64,000 nucleotides of DNA from an uncultured Planctomycetales bacterium (GTDB lineage Bacteria > Omnitrophota > Gorgyraeia > Zapsychrales > JBDRMG01): the NCBI GenBank assembly GCA_964478715.1, contig CAYZIY010000002.1:113068-177067 (forward strand), given 5' to 3'. The translations under genes and the position numbers were made by a program. Below the pieces are notes generated by a model. That model did not search any database and was not told where the DNA came from. It saw only the letters and a list, made by a program, of their open reading frames with translations. Every line of letters begins with the position of its first letter. Position 1 is the stretch's first letter. Positions 28,424-38,368 of this stretch are shown here, one piece after another.

Positions 28424-30610
28424 CTAGGAATATCTTTTTTTATTGACTTGCGAGAGGATACTTTCGGCCAGAGTTTTTCCGATTTGCGGAATAGAGGCTA
28501 AATCATCAAGGCTGACTGTTCTTAGATTCTGGAGTGTTTTTACTCCCTTATTATGCAGTTGACGCGCGCGATGGCGTCCAATATTTTTTAGAGAAATGAG
28601 CTCCAGAAGATCTTCTAGGATACCGTATTTCATGCGTGTCGAGAGTTCTTCCAGAATAAAAGTCAATTGACGGTGATGGTCTAACTCGGCAATGACCCCG
28701 CAGGCATGTAGGAGCCAGCGGGCGCTTTCCGTGTGACGGTAGACGTCCCCCGGGCCGATTCCGAATTCTTCGCAGATCAAATCTTCTTTTTTCTCATTAA
28801 TCCATTCCAGGTATAAAGATGTTGTTTTTAAAGTAGAGAGATAATGATAGAAATCTTCAAGTGCCGGTAAATCATGGGCCGTCACAATGAATTCATCCGC
28901 ATAGGTTGAAGCGAAGTATTCTAGCCGTCCATAGTCGCTTTTGCCTAAATGGAGAAGATCGGTATCCGGTGTACAGCAAAGTAGATGGAGAATTCCTACC
29001 GGTGAGAACGATTGCTTCTGTTGCATCTTTTTGAGTCCGTCTCGCAGGATGAGGCCCGTGATTGGATCGATATAAAGCCGGCTGATGCATTGGCCAAAGG
29101 CAGTTGCAAAATAACGGAATCCGCTTTTTTCAATAAATTCTTTTTGGGTAAGAAAATCAAAGATGTGACTGATTGTTTCGATCATGTGGATAGTTTGTTT
29201 TTGATGCGAGAGAAACGTGTGGCTGATAAATTCAAACATCCCCTGAACATCATGGACATAACCGCCGGCAATCGAAGAGAGGATGTGCATTCTAAGAGCC
29301 GATTCACTGCCGAGTTTGGAAATGACAGGTTCCGGTTCTGCTTCGATATAGCGTTCAAAAAGGATAGGGACCTCATTGGGAGATTTGGCGACGATTACCG
29401 CTTCACCGAACTGATCATATTTCGGTCGGCCTGCCCGACCCGCGCATTGCTTATATTCGAAAGTGGGAATATAAGTTGAGCCCAAGCCAGCTTCATAGCG
29501 TTTGCAATCTCTGATAATGGCCCGCCGGGCTGGAAGATTAACACCGGCGGCCAGCGTAGGAGTAGAGCAAATAACCTTGATGATATTTTTTTTGAAGTTT
29601 TCCTCAATGAGCTTGCGCTGACGGGGTTTGAGGCCGGCATGATGAAACGCCGACCCGTTGACGGCAGTGTCGGCAAGCTTCTGACAGATTTTTGTTGCCT
29701 CACCCCTTAAGCCGAGAAGTTGTTTGGAGATGGCTGTTAGTTTTTTCTTTTCATCCGGTGAAAGGGTTTGAGCGACTGCTTTGCCCACAATTCGGGATGC
29801 CGCCTGGGCACTGCGGCGGGAATTGACAAAGACAAGGACTTGACCTTTTGAACGCAAGGTATCGATTACCAGCTTACTGAGATCATCATGAGGCTCTTCT
29901 TTGATGAGACGTGTGGCGTCTTTATAAAAATTAATCTTTTCATTAAAATAAACGCCTTCTTTGAGGGGAACAGGTCGCCAACGGCTGATCACTGCCTTGG
30001 CCTTCAGCCATTTTGCGATTTCATCGGCATTGCTGACTGTTGCGCTTAAAGCCACGATTTGGATATGATGATTGATTTGCTTAATCCGAGCGGTCAGGAT
30101 TTCAAGCGTCGGGCCTCGGGAGACGTCATTTAAAAAATGAATTTCATCGAGAACAAGAACATTAAGAGCGCTAATGAGCCATTTAGCGCGAGAACGAAGC
30201 AGTGAATCCACTTTCTCGGCGGTTGCAATTAAGATTTGGTAACGGTTCAGCATTTTGCTGGGACTATCCAGATCGCCAGTTGCAATACCCACCTTAATGC
30301 CAAGAGCGGAATATTTCTCTTTGAAATCTTCAAATTTCTCGCTGGCCAGGGCTTTTAAAGGAGCAATGTAAAGACAACGGCCATTGTTTTCCAGAATGGA
30401 TTTGAGCATGCATAACTCAGCCATAAGGGTTTTGCCGGCAGCCGTGGGAACAGCCATTAGGATGCTTTGATTTTCTAAAAGACCTTTTTTAATAGCTTGC
30501 TCTTGGGGTGGATAAAAACTTTCACATCCTGAACGAGCCAGTATGTCCGCGACCTGTTTAGGGAATCGGTATTTTTGAAGGGTCTGGATTACTTTCATAA
30601 AGGAAAACAT
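28424..30610 (-). CDS. Hel308/Ski2-like superfamily-2 DNA helicase (DEIH box, winged-helix, ratchet and HhH domains).
   Basis: AVPTAAGKT (motif I), VLDEIHFL (motif II), ATPTLAAGVNLPARR, QCAGRAGRP, and a C-terminal HhH (LISLKNIGRHRARQL). Collinear with archaeal Hel308. Confidence 0.85.
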   Translation of the reverse strand: MFSFMKVIQTLQKYRFPKQVADILARSGCESFYPPQEQAIKKGLLENQSILMAVPTAAGKTLMAELCMLKSILENNGRCLYIAPLKALASEKFEDFKEKYSALGIKVGIATGDLDSPSKMLNRYQILIATAEKVDSLLRSRAKWLISALNVLVLDEIHFLNDVSRGPTLEILTARIKQINHHIQIVALSATVSNADEIAKWLKAKAVISRWRPVPLKEGVYFNEKINFYKDATRLIKEEPHDDLSKLVIDTLRSKGQVLVFVNSRRSAQAASRIVGKAVAQTLSPDEKKKLTAISKQLLGLRGEATKICQKLADTAVNGSAFHHAGLKPRQRKLIEENFKKNIIKVICSTPTLAAGVNLPARRAIIRDCKRYEAGLGSTYIPTFEYKQCAGRAGRPKYDQFGEAVIVAKSPNEVPILFERYIEAEPEPVISKLGSESALRMHILSSIAGGYVHDVQGMFEFISHTFLSHQKQTIHMIETISHIFDFLTQKEFIEKSGFRYFATAFGQCISRLYIDPITGLILRDGLKKMQQKQSFSPVGILHLLCCTPDTDLLHLGKSDYGRLEYFASTYADEFIVTAHDLPALEDFYHYLSTLKTTSLYLEWINEKKEDLICEEFGIGPGDVYRHTESARWLLHACGVIAELDHHRQLTFILEELSTRMKYGILEDLLELISLKNIGRHRARQLHNKGVKTLQNLRTVSLDDLASIPQIGKTLAESILSQVNKKRYS

Positions 30611-30648
30611 TTTAACACAAAAATAATTATGTTAGAATACAATTCATT

Positions 30649-31107
30649 ATGAAGATTATTATCCAAAGAGTGAAAGAAGCTTGTGTGAGTATTAACGGCA
30701 AAGAGATGGCCCGTATCTCAAAAGGTATGGTTCTTTTTGTCGGTGTAGGCAAAGAGGATAGTCTAGGCGATGTCGGTTATTGTGTAAAAAAATGTGTCGA
30801 GTTGCGTATGTTTGAGGACAATCAAGGTAAAATGAATTTTTCTTGTCAGGATGTCGAAGGTCAGGCTTTGGTAGTGTCTCAATTTACGCTTATGGGAAAT
30901 TGCAATAAAGGAAGACGGCCGAGCTTTGATGCGGCTGCTCGGCCACAGATGGCTCGCCATCTTTATGAATTATTTATTGAGAAAGTGAAGGAAACAGGAA
31001 TTGTGGTTAAAACAGGTCAGTTTCAAGCTATGATGGATGTTGAGCTTATTAATGATGGTCCGGTGACATTCATTATTGAGAGCCAACAGAGTATAGTTGA
31101 TATTTGA
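30649..31107 (+). CDS. dtd: D-aminoacyl-tRNA deacylase.
   Basis: MKIIIQRV...SQFTL...NDGPVTF, 152 aa. Confidence 0.9.
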   Translation: MKIIIQRVKEACVSINGKEMARISKGMVLFVGVGKEDSLGDVGYCVKKCVELRMFEDNQGKMNFSCQDVEGQALVVSQFTLMGNCNKGRRPSFDAAARPQMARHLYELFIEKVKETGIVVKTGQFQAMMDVELINDGPVTFIIESQQSIVDI

Positions 31108-31111
31108 CACT

Positions 31112-31153
31112 TGATGCCTGATGCCTGATGCCTGATGCCTGATGCCTGATGCC
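31112..31153. repeat. Heptanucleotide microsatellite (TGATGCC)6 plus one degenerate unit, in the dtd-tatD intergenic region.
   Basis: Six perfect tandem copies of TGATGCC sit 5 nt after the dtd stop, followed by TGATAAC. Confidence 0.9.
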
Positions 31154-31213
31154 TGATAACTGAGGACTGGTATCTGAGAACCAACACCCGAAAACTAATT
31201 TTATCATTACACT

Positions 31214-31981
31214 ATGATAGATACCCACGCTCACATCGATCAAATTGAAAACATCGAGATCGCTATGAATGAAGCTTGGGATGCGGGTCTAAGCTCTATT
31301 ATTGCCGTTGGTGTTCATGGATTATCCAATCAAAAAAATCTGGAGCTGCAAAAACAATTCCATAATCCCAAAATATATGTGGCGCTGGGCGTGCATCCTG
31401 AATTTGCCAATCAAAAGCAAGCGGAAGAAGCTGTGCATTTTATTCGAGAAAATGTTAATCAGGCTATAGCGATCGGAGAGATCGGACTCGATTATTGGTA
31501 CCGCTGGGCGCGGAAGAAAGATGAGGTCAAAGAAAAATTAAGATATATCTTTCGTCTTCAACTCAAGATTGCTAAGGAGTCGGGATTGCCGGTCTTAATT
31601 CACAGCCGTGGAGCCTGGGATGACTGCTTTGACATCGTTAACCAACTAAGCATTGAAAAAGCCAACTTCCATTGGTATAGTGGTCCTGTAGATATTTTGA
31701 AGAAGATTTTAGAGAAGGGTTTTTATATATCGTGTACACCGTCATTAGCTTACAGCAAAGAGGCTCGGGAAGCTATTCAGCACACTCCAATTGAACAAAC
31801 ATTGATTGAGACAGATACCCCGGTTGTTTACCGATGCGATAACGGCCAAGGTAAATTCCGTGCTGCTCCCAAGGATGTGCTGCATACACTGAAAATATAT
31901 TGTAAGCTAAAAAAAATAGATCGTGAAAAGGCTAAAGAAATTCTTAATAATAATGCCCGAAAATTCTTTGAAATCGAATAA
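31214..31981 (+). CDS. tatD: TatD-family metal-dependent hydrolase/DNase.
   Basis: MIDTHAHID, EIGLDY and HSRGAW motifs. Confidence 0.85.
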   Translation: MIDTHAHIDQIENIEIAMNEAWDAGLSSIIAVGVHGLSNQKNLELQKQFHNPKIYVALGVHPEFANQKQAEEAVHFIRENVNQAIAIGEIGLDYWYRWARKKDEVKEKLRYIFRLQLKIAKESGLPVLIHSRGAWDDCFDIVNQLSIEKANFHWYSGPVDILKKILEKGFYISCTPSLAYSKEAREAIQHTPIEQTLIETDTPVVYRCDNGQGKFRAAPKDVLHTLKIYCKLKKIDREKAKEILNNNARKFFEIE

Positions 31982-31986
31982 GAAAG

Positions 31987-32316
31987 ATGGATCAATCATT
32001 CGGACGGGGACAATATATCGAAGGAACGAAGCGGCTTGAAGGCGAAATAGTCTTGAGTCGGTACAAGTTGTTCTGTAAAGGAGAGGCGGGCGATTTTCCG
32101 CAGACTTATATTCCGCTTGAGAAAATCGCCAGCATGAAGCTCAAAAGAGGAATGATTGAATTATTTGTTCGGCCTTCGGCTGTTATCCATTATACAGCTG
32201 TATTTAAGGGTGAGCCCGCTAATTGCAAGAAACTTTCTTTAACCTTGGCGATGCGGCTGAATATGAGAAAAAAGTTTTTCAGGGATCAATGGACGGGAGA
32301 AGTCAGCTGGAAATAG
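31987..32316 (+). CDS. Hypothetical protein (109 aa).
   Basis: ORF tightly packed between tatD and the next gene. No recognisable motif. Confidence 0.45.
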   Translation: MDQSFGRGQYIEGTKRLEGEIVLSRYKLFCKGEAGDFPQTYIPLEKIASMKLKRGMIELFVRPSAVIHYTAVFKGEPANCKKLSLTLAMRLNMRKKFFRDQWTGEVSWK

Positions 32317-32326
32317 GACTCAAAGA

Positions 32327-34417
32327 ATGATTAAGAGATTCGGACTCCTCATATTAATTGTGATTGTACTTATCGGATTTATCTGGCTGTATTATTCTTT
32401 TTTACAACCAAAACTGATGGTCGAAGACGTTTTGCCCAAAGACGCCCTCTTTGTCATGAAAATGAAGCATTTCGACCGTTTTCTAGATTTGGTCAGAGAC
32501 ATCGGTTTTTTGAACAAACTGGGTGAAGAAAGTTTTCAGGAATTAGAGAGGCGGTCTTTTTTTAGTCATCAGCAGCTTCAGATGATTTCAAAGGCACAGG
32601 GACTTATTAATCAAGATCAGAGCGGGCTGTTTCTGGCTCGTTTGCTTTTACGAGAGTTTACACTTTCGGCCTATGAAACAGAAACGCAAAGTTCAACAGA
32701 GAAAACAGTTTCTCCTTCAGCGGCAATTCTGATGACAGTTAGGCTCATTCCCTTTATTGATGTGACCGAGTTCTTAACCAGGAAAATTCTCAGCCTTCAT
32801 CCTCGCATTCACATTTCTTCAAGAAAATTCAAAGATTATACGATCTCTAAAATACATTTTTATAAACAACATCAACTTTTTCATGTAAAGATCGGTGATT
32901 TGCTGATTCTCTCGACCGATCGCGACTTGATCGAACATTGCATAAGCGTGGTTAGCGGACACAGAAAATCGTTACAAGAGAATCTTCGCTATCGATCGGT
33001 TGCCCAACGCAATTTCTCATCTCATGACTTGCTTATGTTTTGTGACTTGAACAGAATTTTGACTCAGAGTGAGCGCAGCTTAAATAATTGGATGAAGAAT
33101 TTTCCGGATTCTCAAAATGCTAAGCTGTTTTCTCAATTTCAGCGCTCACTTCAAGGACTGGACTTGATTTATCTCAACGGACGATTTGAAGAAACAGCTT
33201 TCATTAGCACATTCACGATTACAGTTAATCGCAATAAAGCCGGATGGGTGATTAGCAAATTAATCGATGAAAATGCTCAAGAAAACCATACGAAACTTTT
33301 TATTCCTTTTGATGCTTATGCCTATTTCTGGATGGACCGATTGGCTTTACCTGATATTCTAAGTAAGATCAACGGCCATTCCAGATTAAACAGCAGTATT
33401 ATCTTTGTCTCATTTCTTGGGGAGTATTTGAAAGAGATGGAGGGCATTCTCGGCGTTCCGCTTGAGCAAGAGTTGTCTTTCTTGCTTGAAAAAGAATGGG
33501 GTGCGAGCTTGTTTTCCATCGATTCGGATAAAGATATTCCCGAATTTAATTTTATTATTTTCGCTCGGGTAAAAGACCGTTATGAAACAAACCGTCTGAT
33601 TCGCGATCTTTTTGGTTTCAAACCAGAAACATTTACCCAAAAAGCATACAAACAATATAATATCACCGATGTGGCTTTTGCCTATCAAGAGCAGGTCGGC
33701 TTCAGTTATTGTTTTATAGATCAATATGTTTTGCTTTCAAACCATTCGGGCTCTTTGATGCGCGCTCTCGATGCTTATCTTGGCGATCAGGAGTCGCTTT
33801 TGACGCAGCCGTCTTTTGTCGGTCTTAATAATGAAATTTTTAATTGCAGCAATTCGGATTTTTTTATACAGTTTGATCGCCTGCTTCCCCGTTTAAAGGT
33901 TTTCAATCGGTGGATGATTGATTATTTCAAAAAAGAAGAACAACAAATGATTCGCGAAAAAAAACAGGCAAAAGAGCAACTGGCCTTATTGAGTATGAAT
34001 AAAAATACGGCTTATCAGGGAATTGCTAATTTTGAAATGGAAGAGCAGTCCTTGAAGGCAAAGATTGCCAAGGCGAAAAAGGAACAACAGGATATCAAGC
34101 CGCTGGCCCAAGAACTGTTGAAGATACAAGAACGCGTTGACACAGCTCAAAAACGTTTTTCAGCGATTAAAGAAGGAGAAGAATTTCTGCAAAATAAAAT
34201 CGAATACATCGATTTATTTTTGCAGAATTTGGACCCTGAAGCTTATCAAAAGATTTCGGATCAATGGATTAATCTTTTTTTAGAGAGTTTTGAGGGCATC
34301 GACAGTATCGTTTCTCAAACCCGCAATAGCCCAGAGGGTTTCCAGGGTTTGACGGTTGTGAATTTTTCAAAAGAGAATCGATTTAATCCTGCCGTTATTT
34401 TTGGACATAACAAGTAA
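32327..34417 (+). CDS. Hypothetical large membrane-anchored protein (696 aa, N-terminal TM, C-terminal coiled-coil).
   Basis: N-terminal hydrophobic helix LLILIVIVLIGFIWLYY. Coiled-coil KEEQQMIREKKQAKEQLALL...KAKIAKAKKEQQ. No catalytic motif recognised. Confidence 0.55.
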   Translation: MIKRFGLLILIVIVLIGFIWLYYSFLQPKLMVEDVLPKDALFVMKMKHFDRFLDLVRDIGFLNKLGEESFQELERRSFFSHQQLQMISKAQGLINQDQSGLFLARLLLREFTLSAYETETQSSTEKTVSPSAAILMTVRLIPFIDVTEFLTRKILSLHPRIHISSRKFKDYTISKIHFYKQHQLFHVKIGDLLILSTDRDLIEHCISVVSGHRKSLQENLRYRSVAQRNFSSHDLLMFCDLNRILTQSERSLNNWMKNFPDSQNAKLFSQFQRSLQGLDLIYLNGRFEETAFISTFTITVNRNKAGWVISKLIDENAQENHTKLFIPFDAYAYFWMDRLALPDILSKINGHSRLNSSIIFVSFLGEYLKEMEGILGVPLEQELSFLLEKEWGASLFSIDSDKDIPEFNFIIFARVKDRYETNRLIRDLFGFKPETFTQKAYKQYNITDVAFAYQEQVGFSYCFIDQYVLLSNHSGSLMRALDAYLGDQESLLTQPSFVGLNNEIFNCSNSDFFIQFDRLLPRLKVFNRWMIDYFKKEEQQMIREKKQAKEQLALLSMNKNTAYQGIANFEMEEQSLKAKIAKAKKEQQDIKPLAQELLKIQERVDTAQKRFSAIKEGEEFLQNKIEYIDLFLQNLDPEAYQKISDQWINLFLESFEGIDSIVSQTRNSPEGFQGLTVVNFSKENRFNPAVIFGHNK

Positions 34418-35304
34418 TGATAAAAAAAATACTTCATAAGCAAGTTCTTTCGGGTTCTTATAAAATTCTGTGTTTTCACGATACTGCTATAGCATCTCGG
34501 GCGCAATGCGGTCAGGTCGTTTTCATCCAGGCAGATGCGGTGTCCCGGAGAATCCCGCTGGCCATCATGGATCAGGATGCCCGCAAAGGATTGGTGACGG
34601 TTGTGGTTCATGAAAATGATTCTGACTCAAAAAAATGTGGCTTAAAAAAGATCGGTGATGAAATATATTCCGTTAGCGGTCCTATTGGCAATCGAGCCCC
34701 GGTGGAAACCTATGGGAATGTTGTATGCATTGGTTTTGGATACGGTATTGCCCAAATATTTCCCGTGGCCCGTCAGTTAAGAAAAATGGATAATAAGGTT
34801 ATCGGTATTTTGGGTGCGGAGTCGAAATCTTCTGTTATTTTAGAGAGTCAAATGCGTTTATGCTGCAATAAGCTCACAATCGCCACCGAAGACGGTAGTT
34901 ATATGAGGCGGGGAGTAGTAACGACATTTCTTAAGGAAACTCTCAAGACACTCAAAGTTCAAGTTGTTTTCGCCGCTGGTGATCTGAATATTCTCGAAGC
35001 CATTTCTCAAGTGACTAAAGAAAAGAAGATAAAAACATATGTCGGTTTGCTTGAGAACATGTCTTGCGGTACGGGATTATGCGGAACATGCCGGACAAAA
35101 TCGTATGGTCGCGATGTTCTGACCTGTGCTGATGGACCTTTTTTTGATGGTCATAAGATAGATTTTTCGAAAACACGAATCAGTTATCATAATTCACCGA
35201 AAGGTCAAGGATGCCAATCGCAAAAATTCCTTGCCAAAATCCAAAGCGAAGACTCGCCAATTTCGATGAGGTCTCTTTTGGGTTTACCAAAAAGCAAGCC
35301 GTAG
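34417..35304 (+). CDS. NfnA/SudB/PyrK-like FAD/NAD(P)-binding oxidoreductase subunit with a C-terminal [2Fe-2S] cluster.
   Basis: Ferredoxin-reductase-type fold. Cys cluster CGTGLCGTCRTKSYGRDVLTCADGPFF. Confidence 0.8.
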   Translation: MIKKILHKQVLSGSYKILCFHDTAIASRAQCGQVVFIQADAVSRRIPLAIMDQDARKGLVTVVVHENDSDSKKCGLKKIGDEIYSVSGPIGNRAPVETYGNVVCIGFGYGIAQIFPVARQLRKMDNKVIGILGAESKSSVILESQMRLCCNKLTIATEDGSYMRRGVVTTFLKETLKTLKVQVVFAAGDLNILEAISQVTKEKKIKTYVGLLENMSCGTGLCGTCRTKSYGRDVLTCADGPFFDGHKIDFSKTRISYHNSPKGQGCQSQKFLAKIQSEDSPISMRSLLGLPKSKP

Positions 35305-36569
35305 CAGAAGCCAAACGTTGTCCGCAGTGCGCGAAAGCCTCATGCGTCGAGGCCTGTCCTTTGGGCATTGATATTCCTGCTTTTATTCGGAAAATTCGGG
35401 AAGGGGACTATTCAAAAGCTCTTGAGAAAATTGCCGAGGAAAATCCTTTTCCCGGTATTTGCGGTCGAATTTGTCCGGCTCCGTGCGAAAAAAAATGCAT
35501 CTTAACGAAAGAAAATAACCCGCCGATTCAAATCCGTGAACTCGAGCGATTTGCTTCCCAGGTTGGAAATTTCAAATTGAATTTTTCAAGATTTAAGAAA
35601 GATAAAAAAAGCAAGGTCGCGCTTATCGGCTCTGGTCCCGCGGCATTGATGGCTGCTGCTCGGTTGATGAAAAACGGTTATAGCATCGGGATGTGGGAGG
35701 CCTTTCCTCAGGTGGGGGGAACCCTGAAATACGGAGTTAGTTCTTTAAGACTACCACAGGGTATTCTTGAGAAAGAAACCACTTGGTTGAAAAAAGCGTG
35801 CGAAGACTTACACCAAGATACTTATGTTGGCGCTAGTCTTTCACTTGAAGAAATATTTCAAAAAGGGTATCAAGCGATCTTGCTGGTCACTGGCGCCGGT
35901 GTTTTAAAATTCGAAGGGATCAGTCAGGACAATTTAAACAATTTGTTTTCGACACAGGAATTTTTGATGCATGTTCAGTTGCGTCAACAGAAATCACTGA
36001 AGAAGAATTTTCCTTTCCAGTTGGGTTCGCCGGTTGTTGTTGTGGGCTCGAGCAGTGAGGCTTTTGATTGTGCTCGGTTGTGCGTTAGGCAAAATTCTCA
36101 GGTGACTTTGATCAGTGAGTCGACCGAGGCGATGATCAGTGTTTCGGCTGCGGTTATAGAGCAGGCCGAGGAAGAAGGCGTCACGGTCGAAATTTTAACC
36201 AAAGCCCAGAAGATTCTAACGACAGAAGACCAGGATGTCTGCGGTTTACAGTGTCTTAAAATGGATTTTGCCGATCCCAATGAGGACGGACAGTGGAAAA
36301 TCATTCCGGTAGCTGGGTCGGAATTCGATATTCCGGCCGAAACCATTATTTGTGATGTACCACGCAAAGCCAATCATTATTTAAAAAGATATTATCCGCG
36401 GTTGAAGCTTAATAAAGATGAAAGCATATGGATCAATCGGGAAACATTTCAAACGTCAATGGAAGATATTTACGCAGCTGGCGCTCTCACGCAAGGACCA
36501 ATCAGTTTGATCGAAGCCTTGGCCAGCGGGAAGAAGGCTGCCCAGGCTATTAAAGAACAACGGGATTAG
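35211..36569 (+). CDS. NfnB/SudA/GltD-like subunit (glutamate synthase small-chain family, 2x[4Fe-4S] + FAD/NADPH).
   Basis: N-terminal CPQCAKASCVEACP...GICGRICPAPCEKKC and Rossmann fold VALIGSGPAALMAAARL. Overlaps the upstream gene by about 94 nt. Confidence 0.85.
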   Translation: MPIAKIPCQNPKRRLANFDEVSFGFTKKQAVAEAKRCPQCAKASCVEACPLGIDIPAFIRKIREGDYSKALEKIAEENPFPGICGRICPAPCEKKCILTKENNPPIQIRELERFASQVGNFKLNFSRFKKDKKSKVALIGSGPAALMAAARLMKNGYSIGMWEAFPQVGGTLKYGVSSLRLPQGILEKETTWLKKACEDLHQDTYVGASLSLEEIFQKGYQAILLVTGAGVLKFEGISQDNLNNLFSTQEFLMHVQLRQQKSLKKNFPFQLGSPVVVVGSSSEAFDCARLCVRQNSQVTLISESTEAMISVSAAVIEQAEEEGVTVEILTKAQKILTTEDQDVCGLQCLKMDFADPNEDGQWKIIPVAGSEFDIPAETIICDVPRKANHYLKRYYPRLKLNKDESIWINRETFQTSMEDIYAAGALTQGPISLIEALASGKKAAQAIKEQRD

Positions 36570-36572
36570 CAG

Positions 36573-37415
36573 ATGGCCGTTAGCATCAAAGATATTCAAA
36601 ACAAAAAGAAAAATCAAAAAAAGATCATCATGTTAACCGCCTATGACTATCCGATGGCTTATGCGATTGATCAAAGCGGTATCGATATTATTCTTGTCGG
36701 AGATTCTTTGGCTAATGTTGTTTTGGGGTTGGAATCCACCCGACAGATCGGGATGCCGGAAATACTCCATCATGCCAAAGCTGTCCGCCGGGCAGTGAAA
36801 GAATCTCTGCTTGTTGTGGATATGCCTTTTGGATCTTTTCAGCAGGGAATCGATATGGCCGTAACCAATGCCGGCTGTCTGAAAGATGAGACCGGATGCG
36901 ATGCGGTGAAATTGGAGTGGTGCGATCAGTGCCCGAAGATCACTCAATCCATGGTGCAATCTGGTATTGAAGTGATGGGCCATATCGGCTTGACTCCGCA
37001 GGCTGTGACCGAAAAAAAAGGCATGCGAGTACAGGGTAAGAATAGCAAATCGGCTCAAACGATTATAAATCAAGCTAAGATTCTTGAACAAAGCGGTTGT
37101 TTTGCGGTTGTCTTAGAATGCGTTCCCCTTGAGCTGGCTCGGATGATCACAGAGAAAATTTCTATTCCCACCATCGGCATTGGCGCCGGATCTTTTTGCG
37201 ACGGTCAGGTTTTGGTGAGCCATGATCTGTTGGGATTTTTTGAGCGCTATCAGCCGAAATTTGTTAAAAGATACGCTGAACTTAATTCGGTTATTAAAGA
37301 ATCTGTTAGGCAATTCCGCAGCGATGTGGAATCCGGGCATTACCCTGATTCCAAACATTCGTTTCGTATGCCTGAAGAGGAATTGAGAAATGTTGACTTA
37401 AATTCTCAGCAATGA
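36573..37415 (+). CDS. panB: 3-methyl-2-oxobutanoate hydroxymethyltransferase.
   Basis: IIMLTAYDYPMA...ILVGDSL...VVDMPFGS. Confidence 0.9.
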   Translation: MAVSIKDIQNKKKNQKKIIMLTAYDYPMAYAIDQSGIDIILVGDSLANVVLGLESTRQIGMPEILHHAKAVRRAVKESLLVVDMPFGSFQQGIDMAVTNAGCLKDETGCDAVKLEWCDQCPKITQSMVQSGIEVMGHIGLTPQAVTEKKGMRVQGKNSKSAQTIINQAKILEQSGCFAVVLECVPLELARMITEKISIPTIGIGAGSFCDGQVLVSHDLLGFFERYQPKFVKRYAELNSVIKESVRQFRSDVESGHYPDSKHSFRMPEEELRNVDLNSQQ

Positions 37416-38368
37416 ACTGCCAACACCACCCCAACATTCAGGCTCAATATATTTGTGAAAGATGCAAAAACGCTTTTTGCGAACAGTGCGTGAATATCAA
37501 AAAATTCGCCGAAGCATTTACTGCCTATATTTGCAAAGAGTGTGGAGGCAAATGCGATCCGATTGTGAAAGATAAAGCGGTCTTTAAGTCTAAGGCTCAA
37601 TATAAAGAAACCAAAATAATCCGAACGGATACGAAAAAAGAAGAAAAAGTTGTCAAAAGGATTGAAAAGAAAACCAAGAGCCCTGATATGCCCCAGTTTT
37701 ATTCTCGCCTTCCCAGCTTGCTGATCTTTCCGTTTAAAGGATTTGGCATTTTTTATCTGCTTTTCTTTACCGGATTTCTCTATGGATTGGCTTTGCTTCA
37801 TCGATTGATTGGACCAGCCTCGGCAGCCATCAATGTTATTGCGGCCACCTTTTTTACGGTCTACTTATTTAAGCTGATCGAAGAGACCTCCGCCGGTTCT
37901 CTGCGATTGCAAGGCTTCGGCGATCTCAACTATTGGGTCTCTACGGCTCATTCGTCCATCGTTATTGCTTTAGGGCTTTTAATATGCTTCGGGCCTTCTC
38001 AAATCTATTTTTTATTAAGCAGGCGATTAGACTATTTCTTTGTCTTTCTTGTTTTTTGGGGACTGTTTTTCTGGCCGATGATTTTAACCCGGGTGGCTCT
38101 GAAGCGGAATTTTACGGCTCTCTGGCCCGATGAAATTATAAAAGGAATCTTCAGAAATCTGGCCGCGTATCTGACGATGGGACTGATTCATGCAGTACTT
38201 TTTTTTATCATTGTTATTTTATCAAACGACCTTTTAGCCGAGGAAGATCCCGCGATTCAGTTTTTGCGTTATTTGTGCATTATTGTTTTTTTCATCTGGG
38301 GAGTCCGGCTGGTCGGACTCTTTGCGCGTTTTGTTTATTGTAAAAATAAGATGAAGACTTTAAAATGA
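37412..38368 (+). CDS. Membrane protein with an N-terminal B-box-like zinc ribbon (CxxC…CxxC…CxxC) and a multi-pass TM domain (possibly Yip1-like).
   Basis: MNCQHHPN...YICERCKNAFCEQC...YICKECGGKC followed by five or six hydrophobic helices. Confidence 0.55.
   Translation: MNCQHHPNIQAQYICERCKNAFCEQCVNIKKFAEAFTAYICKECGGKCDPIVKDKAVFKSKAQYKETKIIRTDTKKEEKVVKRIEKKTKSPDMPQFYSRLPSLLIFPFKGFGIFYLLFFTGFLYGLALLHRLIGPASAAINVIAATFFTVYLFKLIEETSAGSLRLQGFGDLNYWVSTAHSSIVIALGLLICFGPSQIYFLLSRRLDYFFVFLVFWGLFFWPMILTRVALKRNFTALWPDEIIKGIFRNLAAYLTMGLIHAVLFFIIVILSNDLLAEEDPAIQFLRYLCIIVFFIWGVRLVGLFARFVYCKNKMKTLK

Noticed and set aside
31112-31153. Possibility that the TGATGCC repeat is a CRISPR array.
   Set aside because: The units are 7 bp with no spacers. 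CRISPR repeats are 24-48 bp separated by unique spacers. No cas genes are nearby. It is a simple microsatellite.
36633-37091. 152-aa minus-strand ORF inside panB.
   Set aside because: It is antisense to the conserved PanB coding sequence.
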